This document shows, piece after piece, positions 24,889 to 36,400 of a stretch of DNA of 64,000 bases. Made by a program: the position numbers and the translations under genes. Location: contig JAPETS010000017.1 in NCBI GenBank assembly GCA_026023565.1, positions 62,001 through 126,000 on the forward strand, read 5' to 3'. This DNA comes from Cirrosporium novae-zelandiae (Eukaryota). Positions within the stretch are counted from its first letter, which is position 1. Each line of letters opens with the position of its first letter. Below the pieces are notes generated by a model that saw only the letters and a program-made list of their open reading frames with translations, made no database searches and was not told the origin of the DNA.

Positions 24889-25583
24889 ATGACGAAAAGA
24901 ACTAAGAAGGTCGGCGTGTAAGTATTCTGAGGACTTGTTGAAAATTACTTTGCAAAACTAATTCTTCTTTAAACAGGACCGGAAAATACGGCGTCAGTAA
25001 TTCCTAATTTTTACCATCGGACTACGAACAGCAGTACTAACGGCCGCAGACAAGATACGGTGCCTCTCTGAGGGTTGGTCTCGAACAATTACAATGAGCA
25101 CAGAGACGTTACTAAACTCCGGTTCAGAAACAAGTCAAGAAGATGGAAACTACACAGCACGCCCGATAGTCAGTTCTATCCTTCGTGTGGCTCAGGAAGG
25201 GACTTGCTAACTCTTGTATAGCGCCTGCACCTTCTGCGGAAAGGTTTGATTAGCTTCTTCATGATATATCGATGGCCACGAATTAACTTGTACATAGACC
25301 TCTGTGAAGAGAACGTCCACTGGGATCTGGAACTGCAAGTCGTGTCACAAGACAGGTAACTCAAGTCCAATTTCCAGATATTTGACTATATGCTAATATC
25401 TTTGTTTTGATTTAGTGGCTGGCGGTGCTTGGGTTGTCTCGTAAGTAATTTTCGTAGGTTGTTTTTGGGGTTCAGGTACGTTGCAGGGCAAGAAACTGAC
25501 ACCTACCTCCTCTCTACAGTACACCTGCTGCTGCTACTACGAGATCCACGATTCGACGATTGAGGGAAATGGTGGAGGTTTAA
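24889..25583 (+). CDS. RPL43: 60S ribosomal protein eL43 (L37a), 92 aa, 8 exons
   Basis: Exons 24889-24917, 24977-24992, 25050-25073, 25128-25168, 25222-25243, 25298-25355, 25416-25440 and 25520-25583 total 279 nt and read [30 protein letters not shown]...CTFCGK...WNCKSC...AGGAW. Confidence 0.96.
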
Positions 25584-26714
25584 GGAGAATGTTGCAGGAG
25601 TTTGCTTTACAGTCGGTTTCGAGATGTGATATGGTATTCACTTCGGCCTGCACTCGGCATCCTCCGTTGTCGACGGTACGCATCTGCGTCTACGGGTCGA
25701 ATACTTTCATAGATTACGTTGAATCAAAGAAAATGTCAAGTCCAAGATCTGAGTCCCAGTTCAGGTTCAAGGTTTCGAGGGCCAACTCATGTGAGCCTAC
25801 CCTTCACTGGAACGTTGTCCCATCGTAGGAAGGCTTCGAATTCGAAAGATCAAGCTCGCTGGAGGCCTGGCGTGGTTTCCACATTGCACTGATTCCTTCA
25901 AATTCGAACCCGTTAATTTGGAGTGTCCAATATACCCATTATACTTTTTACGAAGCAGAAGCCTCATAAGGCTGGAAAATGAATATCTAGGGTTTGTTTG
26001 AGAGTGAAATTAATGGAAAGGTAAGATATAGAGTTTATTTATGGCATGGACAGTATAGCGGCCTTTACCAAAGTCACGATTGGCTCAAGCTTTATAACGG
26101 GGAGGGGGTAGAGAAGCAGAATGTTTCGTTGCACGTGGCCCAATTGGGGATCGACTACTGGGGGAACTCGTGGGAATAATAGAAAATGGGGTGCAAAGTA
26201 ATCATAGTGCTTTTTTTGTTATTTCATAAATTTGATCAAGTGGGAGAGAATACTAAAGTGGGACGAGCAAGGCCTTACCTTTGGGCGCTTGTTCCTGAAC
26301 GAAAGCCAAGGATTCCAGGATTCCAGGTTTCCAGGTTTCCCGTTCGAATGTGGCAGGTTATGGACCCAGAGGGATTTCTGAAAAGATTTTGGTGAGTGTG
26401 ATGATTTATCCATTTTCCTTTTTGTTTTATTTGACCAACAGGATATTTCTGAATTCCTCATATTTGTGATCACCTGAGTTTGGGGATTGGGTACATTTCT
26501 TCAGTTGTGGAGAGGCACAGAAGTCAGTGTGATCGGATTGGGTTTAGCTCACTCGGTCTAGTGTGAGGTCGGTGGTACTTACAAAAGGCTGCCGCTCAAG
26601 GTCTGTGGACCTTCACTTCCATCCTACTTCGCCTTCATTACTATTTAATGCTTCTCCTCCTTATGACGCTTAACACCCCACAATTTTGCAACTCACATAC
26701 ACAATATAACCATC

Positions 26715-28673
26715 ATGCCCGAGACCTGTATTGTCTGTTTAGGAGACCTAGGCGGAAGCGCTAGCAATCCTCCCACATTTGCGTCACCACCACCTGAAAA
26801 TAATGGGGAATTATCCTTCCAAAATGATCGTGATCCGAAGCCCAATGACACTGGTCAGGTTGAGGAGATGATTGCCCATCTTCTTCCGTGTGGCCATAAC
26901 CTGCACGATGATTGTTTGAAGCCCTGGGTCGAGCGGGCCAACAGCTGCCCCATCTGCCGTGCGAGCTTCAATATGGTCGAGCTGACCAAGACCATTGGAG
27001 GTAAGTTGGCCTCTGATTCTTTGGATGGGTGCCTAATAACTAACAATTATCGGTCGCTAGGTGCCGTGGTATCTACATACCCCGTTCAAGATAAAGTCCA
27101 AGTAGCCGAAGTCGACCCTTCAATGTTAATCGAAGAGTTGGATGATGATTTGGATTCTCGACCTTGTCCCGAATGTCTGGAAGATAATGACGAAGACATG
27201 ATGCTTCTCTGTGATGGATGTGACGTGGCCTATCATACATACTGCGTGGGCCTTCACTCGGTGCCTATAGGCCATTGGTTCTGCGACAGTTGCAAGGGCG
27301 TCAGAAGGAGTGTCCGATGGTCAAGTCGTTCACACAATCCAACAGATCCCAGAACTCGAGGCCAGCGAAGACGATTAAGGAGACGTAATCAGGCCAACGA
27401 TTATAGTTGGGCTCGGATCTGGCAGACAGTGTCGGATCGATTAAATATTGACCTTGATTTCCCCTACGATGATGAAGTTGCGGCTGCACAGGCTATGAAC
27501 GAAAGGCGATTGCGAACTGAACGTCGGCGTGAGTTTCACGAATGGGAGCGAAGGCTCCAAGTCGCAGAACAACAAGGTGCGGCAAATCGCTTCCGTGATG
27601 CCACCGAAACTATACTCAACATCCATTCTCCTCCCGAACGACCGGAACTTTCCGAACTTGAATCGCAAGAAGAAATAATGGCATGGAACGCGTTCGAGAA
27701 GGCGAGAGAAATTCAAAGTCAACCCTCTTCATCTCGACGAAAAAGGAAATCAGCGACATGTTCGCCTTGTGAATCACAGGCTGCACCTGAACCGGAGCGG
27801 AGATTGAAGAGACCGAGAACTAGACACATACCAATACTAGATACCGCCGAGTCTTCATCTGACATTGGAGAGCATGTGACACGACGAAACCCTACTAAAA
27901 GGTCTCCGCGTCATCAACATCCCGCAATAGATTCCACGAACAGTGGAGCTGGGCCAAGTTTCTTACAATCTCTTCTCAAGGAAGTCGAAGGCTCTACTGC
28001 GCCAGACCAGTCTACTAGCAGTTTTAGACCATCTATCGCCGTTGACCAATATTCACCTCAAAGGCCATCATCGCCAGTCTCGCCGTCTACTTCGGGCCAA
28101 TCGAGCCCTCTGAGGGCGCACTCCGCAACGCCACCCCCCTTCCACATGACACGTCCCGGTTCTCCACTTTCCCTTAGCTCCAAGGTTGAACCCATATTCC
28201 CCCGTATTGAGTATTCATCGTTAAACCCACGTTCTCCGACTAGCCCCAACGGCCACATCTCTTTCTCCCCCCAAGAGCCATATTCGCCCCCGCTTCTAGA
28301 TGCCGCTTGGGGCGGCAACGCCGCCAGCTCCCCTTCTCGGATCCCTTTGACATTGACTGCAAAATCGCACGTGCAGAAGCTCGTTACTACCGCATTAAAA
28401 CCATATTATCATAAACAAGACATCTCAAAAGACGAATATACAAGTATTAATCGCAACGTATCGAGAACGCTCTATGAACTCATTGGGGATGATGTGAGCA
28501 ACCTGGATGAATATACAAAAGAAAAATGGGAGAAGGAGGCCAACGAGAAGGTAGAAGAAGCAGTAAAAGAGATGAAGTCCTTGAAGTTGGAAAAGAGCAG
28601 TGTTGATAAAGACAAGGGCAAGGAACCAGAAAAGAAAATGGAGGAAACGCCTCCTGTTGCTGTGGAGAGTTAA
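26715..28673 (+). CDS. RING + PHD finger protein (Asr1/PHRF1-like)
   Basis: Split RING-H2 (CIVC...CGHNLHDDC...CPIC), PHD (CPEC...LLCDGCD..YHTYC..WFCDSC) and a C-terminal helical domain. Intron 27001-27060 (60 nt, in frame). Confidence 0.9.
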   Translation: MPETCIVCLGDLGGSASNPPTFASPPPENNGELSFQNDRDPKPNDTGQVEEMIAHLLPCGHNLHDDCLKPWVERANSCPICRASFNMVELTKTIGGKLASDSLDGCLITNNYRSLGAVVSTYPVQDKVQVAEVDPSMLIEELDDDLDSRPCPECLEDNDEDMMLLCDGCDVAYHTYCVGLHSVPIGHWFCDSCKGVRRSVRWSSRSHNPTDPRTRGQRRRLRRRNQANDYSWARIWQTVSDRLNIDLDFPYDDEVAAAQAMNERRLRTERRREFHEWERRLQVAEQQGAANRFRDATETILNIHSPPERPELSELESQEEIMAWNAFEKAREIQSQPSSSRRKRKSATCSPCESQAAPEPERRLKRPRTRHIPILDTAESSSDIGEHVTRRNPTKRSPRHQHPAIDSTNSGAGPSFLQSLLKEVEGSTAPDQSTSSFRPSIAVDQYSPQRPSSPVSPSTSGQSSPLRAHSATPPPFHMTRPGSPLSLSSKVEPIFPRIEYSSLNPRSPTSPNGHISFSPQEPYSPPLLDAAWGGNAASSPSRIPLTLTAKSHVQKLVTTALKPYYHKQDISKDEYTSINRNVSRTLYELIGDDVSNLDEYTKEKWEKEANEKVEEAVKEMKSLKLEKSSVDKDKGKEPEKKMEETPPVAVES

Positions 28674-29787
28674 GAAGGGCGTTCCTAATTAGGATAGTTT
28701 TACATGATGGATGGAATGAATAGGACGAATCAAGGACAGGACGGGCAGGCGCTTATAGATACCTCCTATATGTGATGTCAAAAACAAGCGAGGTGTTTTG
28801 GAGCTTGCCTGATGATGCATCAATATTGATGGCATACATACAAAGGATATATTGTCTAGTTGAAATGGAAGGAGAGGATATGAAACGGGAGCATGAAATG
28901 GAGCAGAGCACATTTTTGGGAGGTTTTATCTTCCTTTTTTTTCTTCTTCCTCTTCTTCTGGGCTTTCTGAATTTTTCGAGGTTTTTACTTTGTTGATATA
29001 TACCCTTGCCTGCTGCTCTCTTTGTATACTATTTTTTTTCTTTTCTTTTCCTCTTTTATTTTATTATAGTAGGGTTAGGTGGTTTATGGATGGATGGATG
29101 AATCATTTTAAACATCATTTATTCTTTGGTAGTCTTTTTGAGAGAGAGAGAGAGAAAAGGGCGTTTATGCAGTTATGCATATGCATATGCATATGTATAT
29201 GCCAAGTTACAAGCTCGAGTTACGAGTCGTGCGGGTTGCTGCGCTTTGGGTTGGATTGCTGAGGAGGGGAACCAAACCAACCTTGGAGGGGATAGAATAC
29301 GGCAGATAAAAGATAGTTCTAGCGCCTACCTACCTCTAATCTATCACCTATCCATCCATCCATCCATCTATCCATCTATCTAACTACATAAAGTATGTAT
29401 CCCATTTCAACTTTTCACCAAAAAAAAAGGCTTAAGTTACTGTGCATTGTGCGGTAATTAGCGCACGGATGAAAAAAATGATTATTTGTGTCTTAAAGTT
29501 GTGTTCTAGGGTTGGAAAAGTACAGTACAGTACAGTACATTGTTGCTAATTATATTAGTGTGTTGTTGTTTTATGCGGACAGACTCTTCTGTACGCTAAT
29601 TAATTACCTTCTTCCTCGGCTAATAATTAGTCCAGTCTAAGAACAACTTGTGGTTACTCCGTGCTAGTATTTATAAACAGACTTCAAGTCCTATATTTTC
29701 ATAAATTTTTATATATTTTATAACGCTTTTTTATTAATAAACCAAGCCTTTTTTTTGATATATGATAAGCTACTTTATCTATTCTTT

Positions 29788-30020
29788 CTAGCGGATTTCC
29801 TCATGCCTACTGTTCTTCTCGAAATTCCGGAACTCGTTCAACATTGTCTTGCTCATGCCCGTTGCTCGTATAGTTTTCATGGTCAACATGAAATGCCGTC
29901 TCGTTAAGACACGTTCTACCGTGTCCTTCGGTTGTTCGCAAACGCATTTAAGAGCAGTCATCACACAGAGGTTCTTGAGATCGGAACCGGTATAATATAG
30001 GGTCAACTTCAAGGTTAGGC
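29788..30020 (-). pseudogene. C-terminal fragment (AAA+ lid) of an Msp1/ATAD1/spastin-like ATPase
   Basis: YTGSDLKNLCV..AL..V.E...RVLTRRHF matches the post-sensor lid region. No Walker A/B sequence upstream; it abuts the ankyrin gene in another frame. Confidence 0.7.
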
Positions 30021-32898
30021 ATAAGATCTTTATAGTTGGGGCCTACGGAGTTGATGTTTACTCCCTTGTGGATGAGAGTCCGTAAAAGTTGTTCATCGCC
30101 CTGTTCTATTGCAAAGCCTAGGGGCGTATAACGGCTGCCGGTTTCCACATTGGATCCGGCTTGGATCAGTGATATGATAGAGTTCGTTGCCCCAGATTTA
30201 ACTGCTCTATCAAGTAAGGTCATGTCCTCTTCATCAGTCGCTTCCAGGTCACCTCCAGCTTCCAGTAAAAGTTGAACCGTACTCTCACGGTTCTTCAGAA
30301 TGGCCATTTGGAGTGGATTCACCATACCACAAATTTGGGAGGCAGGTCCATCGCTTTCTATTACATCTGCTCGAAATTGCCGTGTACGATTGGGTTCAAA
30401 GCAACCGAGTTCCCAACTCCATCCCGAATTTACATTTATACCGCTTTCCAGCAGAGCTTTCACAATTGTCTCGTTGCCATACATCGCAGCAACGACAAGG
30501 GTGTAATAGAGAGGTTCGATTCCATTTAATCCTCTCCCGAAAAACTCCTCAAAAATTTTTATCCACTTTGATTGAAGGAGGGCTGCGGCCGGTTTCAAGA
30601 GCCGATACGTATAATCTCCATACTCCAATATGTATCTTTCAGCCCAGTTTGGGTTGTCGGGAAGGCAAGGAAAGCCATCGCGGAGGACCTGTCCATAAAC
30701 AGCCCCAGCCATTTTGGCCACTTCCGCCGGGCTTGGCTCATCGCTATCCCAAGTACTATCTCCAGCATGATTTTGTATGAGATACAATGCTGCCGTATCG
30801 CCAGCCAAGGACCAGATACTTCCACACATGGAGCCAGATTGGCATGATTACAGGGAGGAGGACAAAGACTTTCTATCATTGAGAACAAGTTCAATCATAG
30901 TGTTATTCTTTGTCTCTACTGCAGCAAGGAGAATGAGCCCATGTAATGTCATGTAATCTAGTGATCCAGGATTGACGAACTGGCAATAATAGACTGTACT
31001 TTTCGCGACAATATAGAAGAGCAAAAGATCTATATAATGTCAGACTCGCTATTACTGAGCATAACCAGGAATCAAGATGGCATATGTATAGAGCGGAATA
31101 GACATGCACTAAGAGTTGACATATGTTGAGCGTTTTCAGGATTTGGGTAGTATATAATTACCTTCAACCGACCCAAACAAGATAGACCGTTGGCTTGGGT
31201 CCACACCATTCTTTTCTGTCTTAATATGGATAGAATCTCGATCTGAAAATTTCCGATATGGAGATGCACTTATTAACCTTTCTCTTGGAGTACCCCCTAT
31301 CGCTGTTGATCCAGGAAAGGAGTCGTCACAATTGTCGGGTTCTCTTATCGAGCTAGAAAAAAATCACTTTCCTGGAGCATCAAGATGGGACTGCTATCGA
31401 ATTTGAGGATCCATGGTTCAACTGTCGTGTCGTTAATAACTTGAGAGCAAACTCTTCATGGTCTCGGTACCTACCTTGCATATCCAGGAATACAGAACCC
31501 CTTTGGGTTTGAAGAACAAGCCGTAAATCCTTACAAGTCTCATTTGTAACAATCAAGACTATGCATTCCACAGACGGCAATTTCTCTCCTGGTTGATATA
31601 CTCCAAACCTAAATTAAAATGAGCTGTATAGATCACCCAAGGAATAGAATATAAAGGCTTAGGATTATATTATCCTCTAAACAAAATCTTTAAATTCTCC
31701 CCTGAGGTCTCCCACGAATTAGCCCCTCCGAATGATGTTTTATTTTCTCCATTTGGGGTGAGCGCTACTGGCAAAGAGAAATCTAGCCATATCCGCAAGT
31801 CGGCTTTTTCAAAGAGGCGAAGGCCTGGTTTCTTAAGACCTGTACGCCTAATTCGATCAAACTCTTCTTTCAGCCCCTGATGAAATTTCATATAAATTCA
31901 AAGTACTATAAGAGGTTGGTATAGAGCCCATACCTGTGCCAGCAGCTCAATCTTCAAGTTCTCTCCAGTGGTTGACCAAAACTGTAGCTGTGGATGTTTT
32001 GAGACAATATCGATCAGAATCCATGACGCTTTCAAGAGATCTGTGTATGCTTGGATGGGAGTAGTCTGGTCGGCCCCAGGATCCGAGTATAAATACGTCT
32101 GTGACTATGTGGACCTTAGACGGTGATTGCTACTCCACCCGAATTTATCAATGGGTTGGCTATACCTTCAAAAGCCACCAATTCCCAGCTCTGATCCATT
32201 CGTCAAACCCTATCGCTACCCACGAGTGAACTCTTTCTGCATCCTCCATAAATACTTTTGAAAGTGAGAAGGGGGTTTGCTGATCCACCATTGATAGCAG
32301 AGGGGTTTGGGGAGCATAGAGATCCGTGATTTTTTGTGATATGCTACTTACACTGACTTTAATACGTTGGTTGGAGGCTTCTAGACGTTTTAAAGAAGAG
32401 CTATAGTATCAATTAGCATTTTATAGGGACTAGACCGAACATTAGCAATAATCTCCCTTACTTTCCGGCTACTGTAAGAAGCAGATTTAATAGCCCGTTA
32501 TGATATTGCACCTTTGCTCTCAAATCATCAAGAGCTAGTTCCCCGTTAGCAAACTTGACCTTATCCCACACTCTCTGAATCTTAGCCTTTTCACCTCCAG
32601 CTAAGCCAAGGTCATGCTTCCTAACGACATTTTGTAAATCCTCCAAGATCTCGGTGATCTGTTTCATCATAGTATTAACCGTGCCAACTCGAGTCTGCCC
32701 TGCCTGTCGCAAAGTCGAATTAGGGTTGCATATTTCTTCCCCCAGGAATGATATGGCCTGAGACAAGTTTGCTATTTCGCTCTGAAGATTTCGGACTTTG
32801 GTTGGTGCTCCTTGAGCAATAAGGTAGACATCTTTGTAAAGTGAGCGTGCAAGCTGGCTAGCAGCAACGAAATCACCAATGCTAAATCCAAAGCTCAT
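29948..32898 (-). pseudogene. Fungal STAND/NLR-type N-terminal domain (SesA/HeLo-like) + ankyrin-repeat gene, inactivated and 3'-truncated
   Basis: MSFGFSIGDF N-terminus, WVAIGFDEWIRAGNWWLLK, AYTDLLKASWIL and ankyrin repeats (NPLQMA, TLLDRA, TPLGFA). Intact introns 32401-32461, 32105-32165, 31877-31933. Donor at 31673 reads AT instead of GT. Stops at 31270-31275 (TAA TAA), 31049-31054 (TAA TAG), 31040-31042 (TGA) and 30848-30850 (TAA). Apparent frameshift in the A7 run 31357-31363. Confidence 0.75.
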
Positions 32899-33682
32899 GA
32901 TTGAAAAAATGGAGTTTTTCTCCCAAAAAGAATAAAGAAACGGTCATGGTCAAGCTCACAGAAATACTGGTAACACTAATAGTATATGAAGGAATAGCAC
33001 TTCAGCCTCGCCATCCCTCATAGTTAGCCAATAACCAAGATCCCTTGGTTGATTGACTGTCTAAGACATGCTGTGTACGGTACAACCCCACGGGAATTTT
33101 CGGTGACTTGGCGCTAACTACTGTAGGACATGTCTCCACCGTATTTGGTTCCCTTGCCTACCTCGTATAATACCCAACTTGGCACAACCCAAGTTTGGAT
33201 ATTATGCCATTCGCAAGATGTTTGGTAGCTGTTATGGTGCATTTTGAAAGTAGAAAGCTTTGAGCACTATTTCAGTTCGCCCTGTTATGTTATGAAAAGT
33301 TGACTGGGTTCTGGAGTAACCTCGTATTATATATTATATGGGGAGCACAGTACAGTGCGTAACTCAGTACTTTTCCGTCCCGCATCTTGAGGGAACAAAG
33401 GCGCTTGCAAATTCCCACCGACGATCATCAAGCCGAGACACCTATCCAAGACTCTCCAGTGTAAGGAAATTTCGTTAGCAATAGCTCAATAAAATGACAT
33501 AGATTACTCAGAAGAGGTTGAGGAGCGGAAATCCACATGCCATTCACAAACAAACAACCTTTGTTAAAAAAAAACAACAACAACAACAACAACAATGACG
33601 ACACGATTATAAACTCTAGCAAAGATCCCAGTCCATAACAGCTGATCCAATCAATCAGTTGCAGGTGACATTGCAAATGAAA

Positions 33683-33767
33683 TCCCCGATGGTCTAACGG
33701 TCATGATTTCCGCTTGTCAAGCAATTCTCAAGCGCGGGAGACCTGGGTTCGACTCCCAGTCGAGGAG
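33683..33767 (+). tRNA. tRNA-Asp (GTC) with a 13-nt intron (33720-33732)
   Basis: D-arm GGTC..GATT, anticodon stem TCCGC/GCGGG with GTC at 33716-33718, T-arm CTGGG-TTCGACT-CCCAG, and a downstream poly-T Pol III terminator at about 33793-33801. Confidence 0.93.
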
Positions 33768-34436
33768 CAAAATTTAGCAAAGAAACGCCGCTTTTTTTTT
33801 TCCCCTAGCTGTGGATATGGATGGTACTTTAATTAGAGTTGTAATCTAGCTGCCGAAAGTTTTTTTTGGGGGGGGGCTTGTTTTCTCGCTTAGATATCCC
33901 GAGAGGAGGTCGTGGAAGTATATGGATAGTCTGATATAGTTTTCATTCCATTTCCTTTTGACTGAAAAATGAGTCATGAGTCAAACTGATAATAAGTATT
34001 GATTATTGGCAGGGTTGGGCTCACTCAAATCATCAACTTTTTTTTGGCTGTTGTAATTACAATAGGTAACCAGCCACTGGAGGGGGTAGAGTAGAGGTCA
34101 TTTGGTTTCTAGGGAAAGAAGAAGAGGGGATTGTTAATTAATAATTAGCTAAAGTTTTGGGGGGGGGATTGAGGGAGTGGGGAAATTGTAGTAATGATTA
34201 ATGAGAGATGAGAGGGGGGACTTAATTCTCGGAGGAGGACTGCGACTTTTTTTCAAGGTTAACAAGCGCCTCAGGCACACATATATATATATATCATGGT
34301 AGGAATTTGGATTCCAATTTAGAAGAAATGATACAGGTTTGATTATAGCTCTCATGTTCTATCATTATCACCAAGTCCCACAAACTCCGTATTCCAGTAA
34401 ACAATCTTAAATCTCACCCATCTCAAACCCCTTCAC

Positions 34437-35501
34437 TCACACACTCCCCTCCCGCACCACCCCCTCCAGCACCTCCAAAATCTCCCCCCAAACCTTCTCC
34501 CTAACCCTCACCCCCTCCTCACTCATAACCAACCTCCCCATCCTCGCAACCTTCTGATGATCTAAATATCGCCCATGGCTCTCTTCCCCCCGAACCGCCG
34601 CATCCACAATCGTCTTCGCACCCTCCATCGTCGATCTCGCAGTCAGCCACTGCATGAAACGCAGCATCAGGGGGGCACCCTCCTCACGGGATAGGAGCTC
34701 CGATTTGCAGAATCCAGGAGCGACGAGATTGACGATGACGTTAGGGGAGGAAAAGGAGTCGGGGGCGGTGGTAGTGTTGGGTGTGAGTTGGGCGAGTGAG
34801 AGGCCGATGTAGATGTCGAGGAGTTTTGTGACGGCATAGCGCTCGACGGGGTTTGAGCTGGCTTTTTCCCATCTCTCTCGGTCGTTCAGTGCGGAGAGGA
34901 TGTTTTCTTTCTCGCCTAGTTTTCGTTCTTCAAATGCACAGTCCATGTGGGCATCGCTTGTCAAGATCATTAAATGGGGTTTCCAACCCCCTTCCTCCTC
35001 CGCACCACCGATCTTCTTACTCGACTCTACCATCAGGGGCAACAAACCCCTCGCCAATAAAGCTGTACTTAACACATTAACCTGCACCTGACATTCCCAC
35101 CCTCCATCGCTAACCTCCCACCCTTTCTTCGCGACCCCCGCATTCATAACTGCAACATCCAATCTCCCCCCCTCCCCCCTCACCATCTCTTTCACCCTCT
35201 CCAAACATCCTTCCACACTCTCCCACCTCTCCAAATCAAGTCCCCACACCTCCACCACACCCGTCCTCCCCGTCTCGGCTTCGATTTTCTCCTTCGCGGC
35301 CTCGCCTTTTGTAGGGTTTCGGACCGCGAGGATTACTTTGGAGGCGTTGAGGCGGATGAAGTGCGTGGCGGCTGCGAGGCCGATGCCGGTGTTGGAGCCG
35401 GTAATGAGGATTGTTTTGTTGGTGAAGGTGGTGGGTGGGGGGAGGGTTAGGGTGCGGAAGGGTTGGAGGAAGAGGCCTAGGAGGTTGGATAGGGATGTCA
35501 T
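34437..35501 (-). CDS. Short-chain dehydrogenase/reductase (retinol-DH/WWOX-like)
   Basis: TGSNTGIG Rossmann motif, MNAG, QVNVLST, YAVTK catalytic motif, APGFCKSEL. Intronless. Confidence 0.92.
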   Translation of the reverse strand: MTSLSNLLGLFLQPFRTLTLPPPTTFTNKTILITGSNTGIGLAAATHFIRLNASKVILAVRNPTKGEAAKEKIEAETGRTGVVEVWGLDLERWESVEGCLERVKEMVRGEGGRLDVAVMNAGVAKKGWEVSDGGWECQVQVNVLSTALLARGLLPLMVESSKKIGGAEEEGGWKPHLMILTSDAHMDCAFEERKLGEKENILSALNDRERWEKASSNPVERYAVTKLLDIYIGLSLAQLTPNTTTAPDSFSSPNVIVNLVAPGFCKSELLSREEGAPLMLRFMQWLTARSTMEGAKTIVDAAVRGEESHGRYLDHQKVARMGRLVMSEEGVRVREKVWGEILEVLEGVVREGSV

Positions 35502-36400
35502 CTTTTTTTTTCTTTTTTTTTTCTTGAGGGGTTGGCTGTGTTGTGTTGTGTTGAAGAGAGAAATGGATGGATGAATTGTAAATGTGAACTTTTTGTGTTT
35601 TCTCTTTCTTCACAGAGTTGGGGTCCGTATAGAGGAAGATTCAAAGCAAAAATCAATTATATATAAAACCAAGTATAACAAAACCAAAAAAATACTCCCA
35701 TTCCCAACTCCCCTCCCTTCTCAACTATAAATGCATTTCCCTTCCCTTCCCCATCCAAGTCCCAAATAATTCATCCGACCGTCCCCTACCTCCGAGAAAA
35801 AGAAGAAAAGAAAAAATCACATACACATCTATCCAACGGCATCAAAAACAACCCGTTTAGTACTTTATATATCTATCCATGAGGTTGAAATGACGCTAGG
35901 CTAGTGATACTCCGCCGGGGGAATTTTGTTCCGATTGTGGTTTGGGTTAGTCTGGTTTTAATTATTTGATTTGAGTTGGTAGGAAAGGAAACGGAGAGAT
36001 TTGGACGGATTCATCCGGGGGGTTGAAAGTCGGGGTCGGAGTTGGTCTATCCATTTATTTTGTCTTGCCCTGAATGCCCTACCTATCCTGTCAAATGACT
36101 CTAGATTGAAGTGTACTAACTACATATATACCGTGTAAAAACCGTTCTAGAGCCTTGGTTTCAATCGCGGCATTTTTATGAGTACGCTATGTTCGGTATG
36201 AAGTAGCCAATTATAGGGTAGATTAATATTTTGCTGATTTTTATGCTTCGTAGGCTGAACCACAAAATTATCTAATCGAGGTAGCTGCCAAAGTCAAGTC
36301 AGAATCTCATGATCAGTGGTCGATGATGTGCTCACCGGGCTAGCTGTTAATAAGTACTGTTTGATGCTTCTTGTCAGGCTTTCCATCGCTGGATACTCCC

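Noticed and set aside
27001..27060. 20-aa insert in the PHD-RING ORF (likewise DPM2 44660-44710 and lipase 58033-58080)
   Set aside because: These are 3n stop-free introns with donor, branch and acceptor signals, not coding insertions.
29532..33354. ACAGTACA at both ends of the ankyrin island as an 8-bp target-site duplication
   Set aside because: The left copy is part of a (TACAG)n microsatellite, and no terminal inverted repeats or transposase are visible.
33969..33983. Tandem ATGAGTCATGAGTCA (Gcn4/AP-1 consensus)
   Set aside because: Lies between a tRNA terminator and the 3' end of the SDR gene, with no nearby promoter to assign it to.
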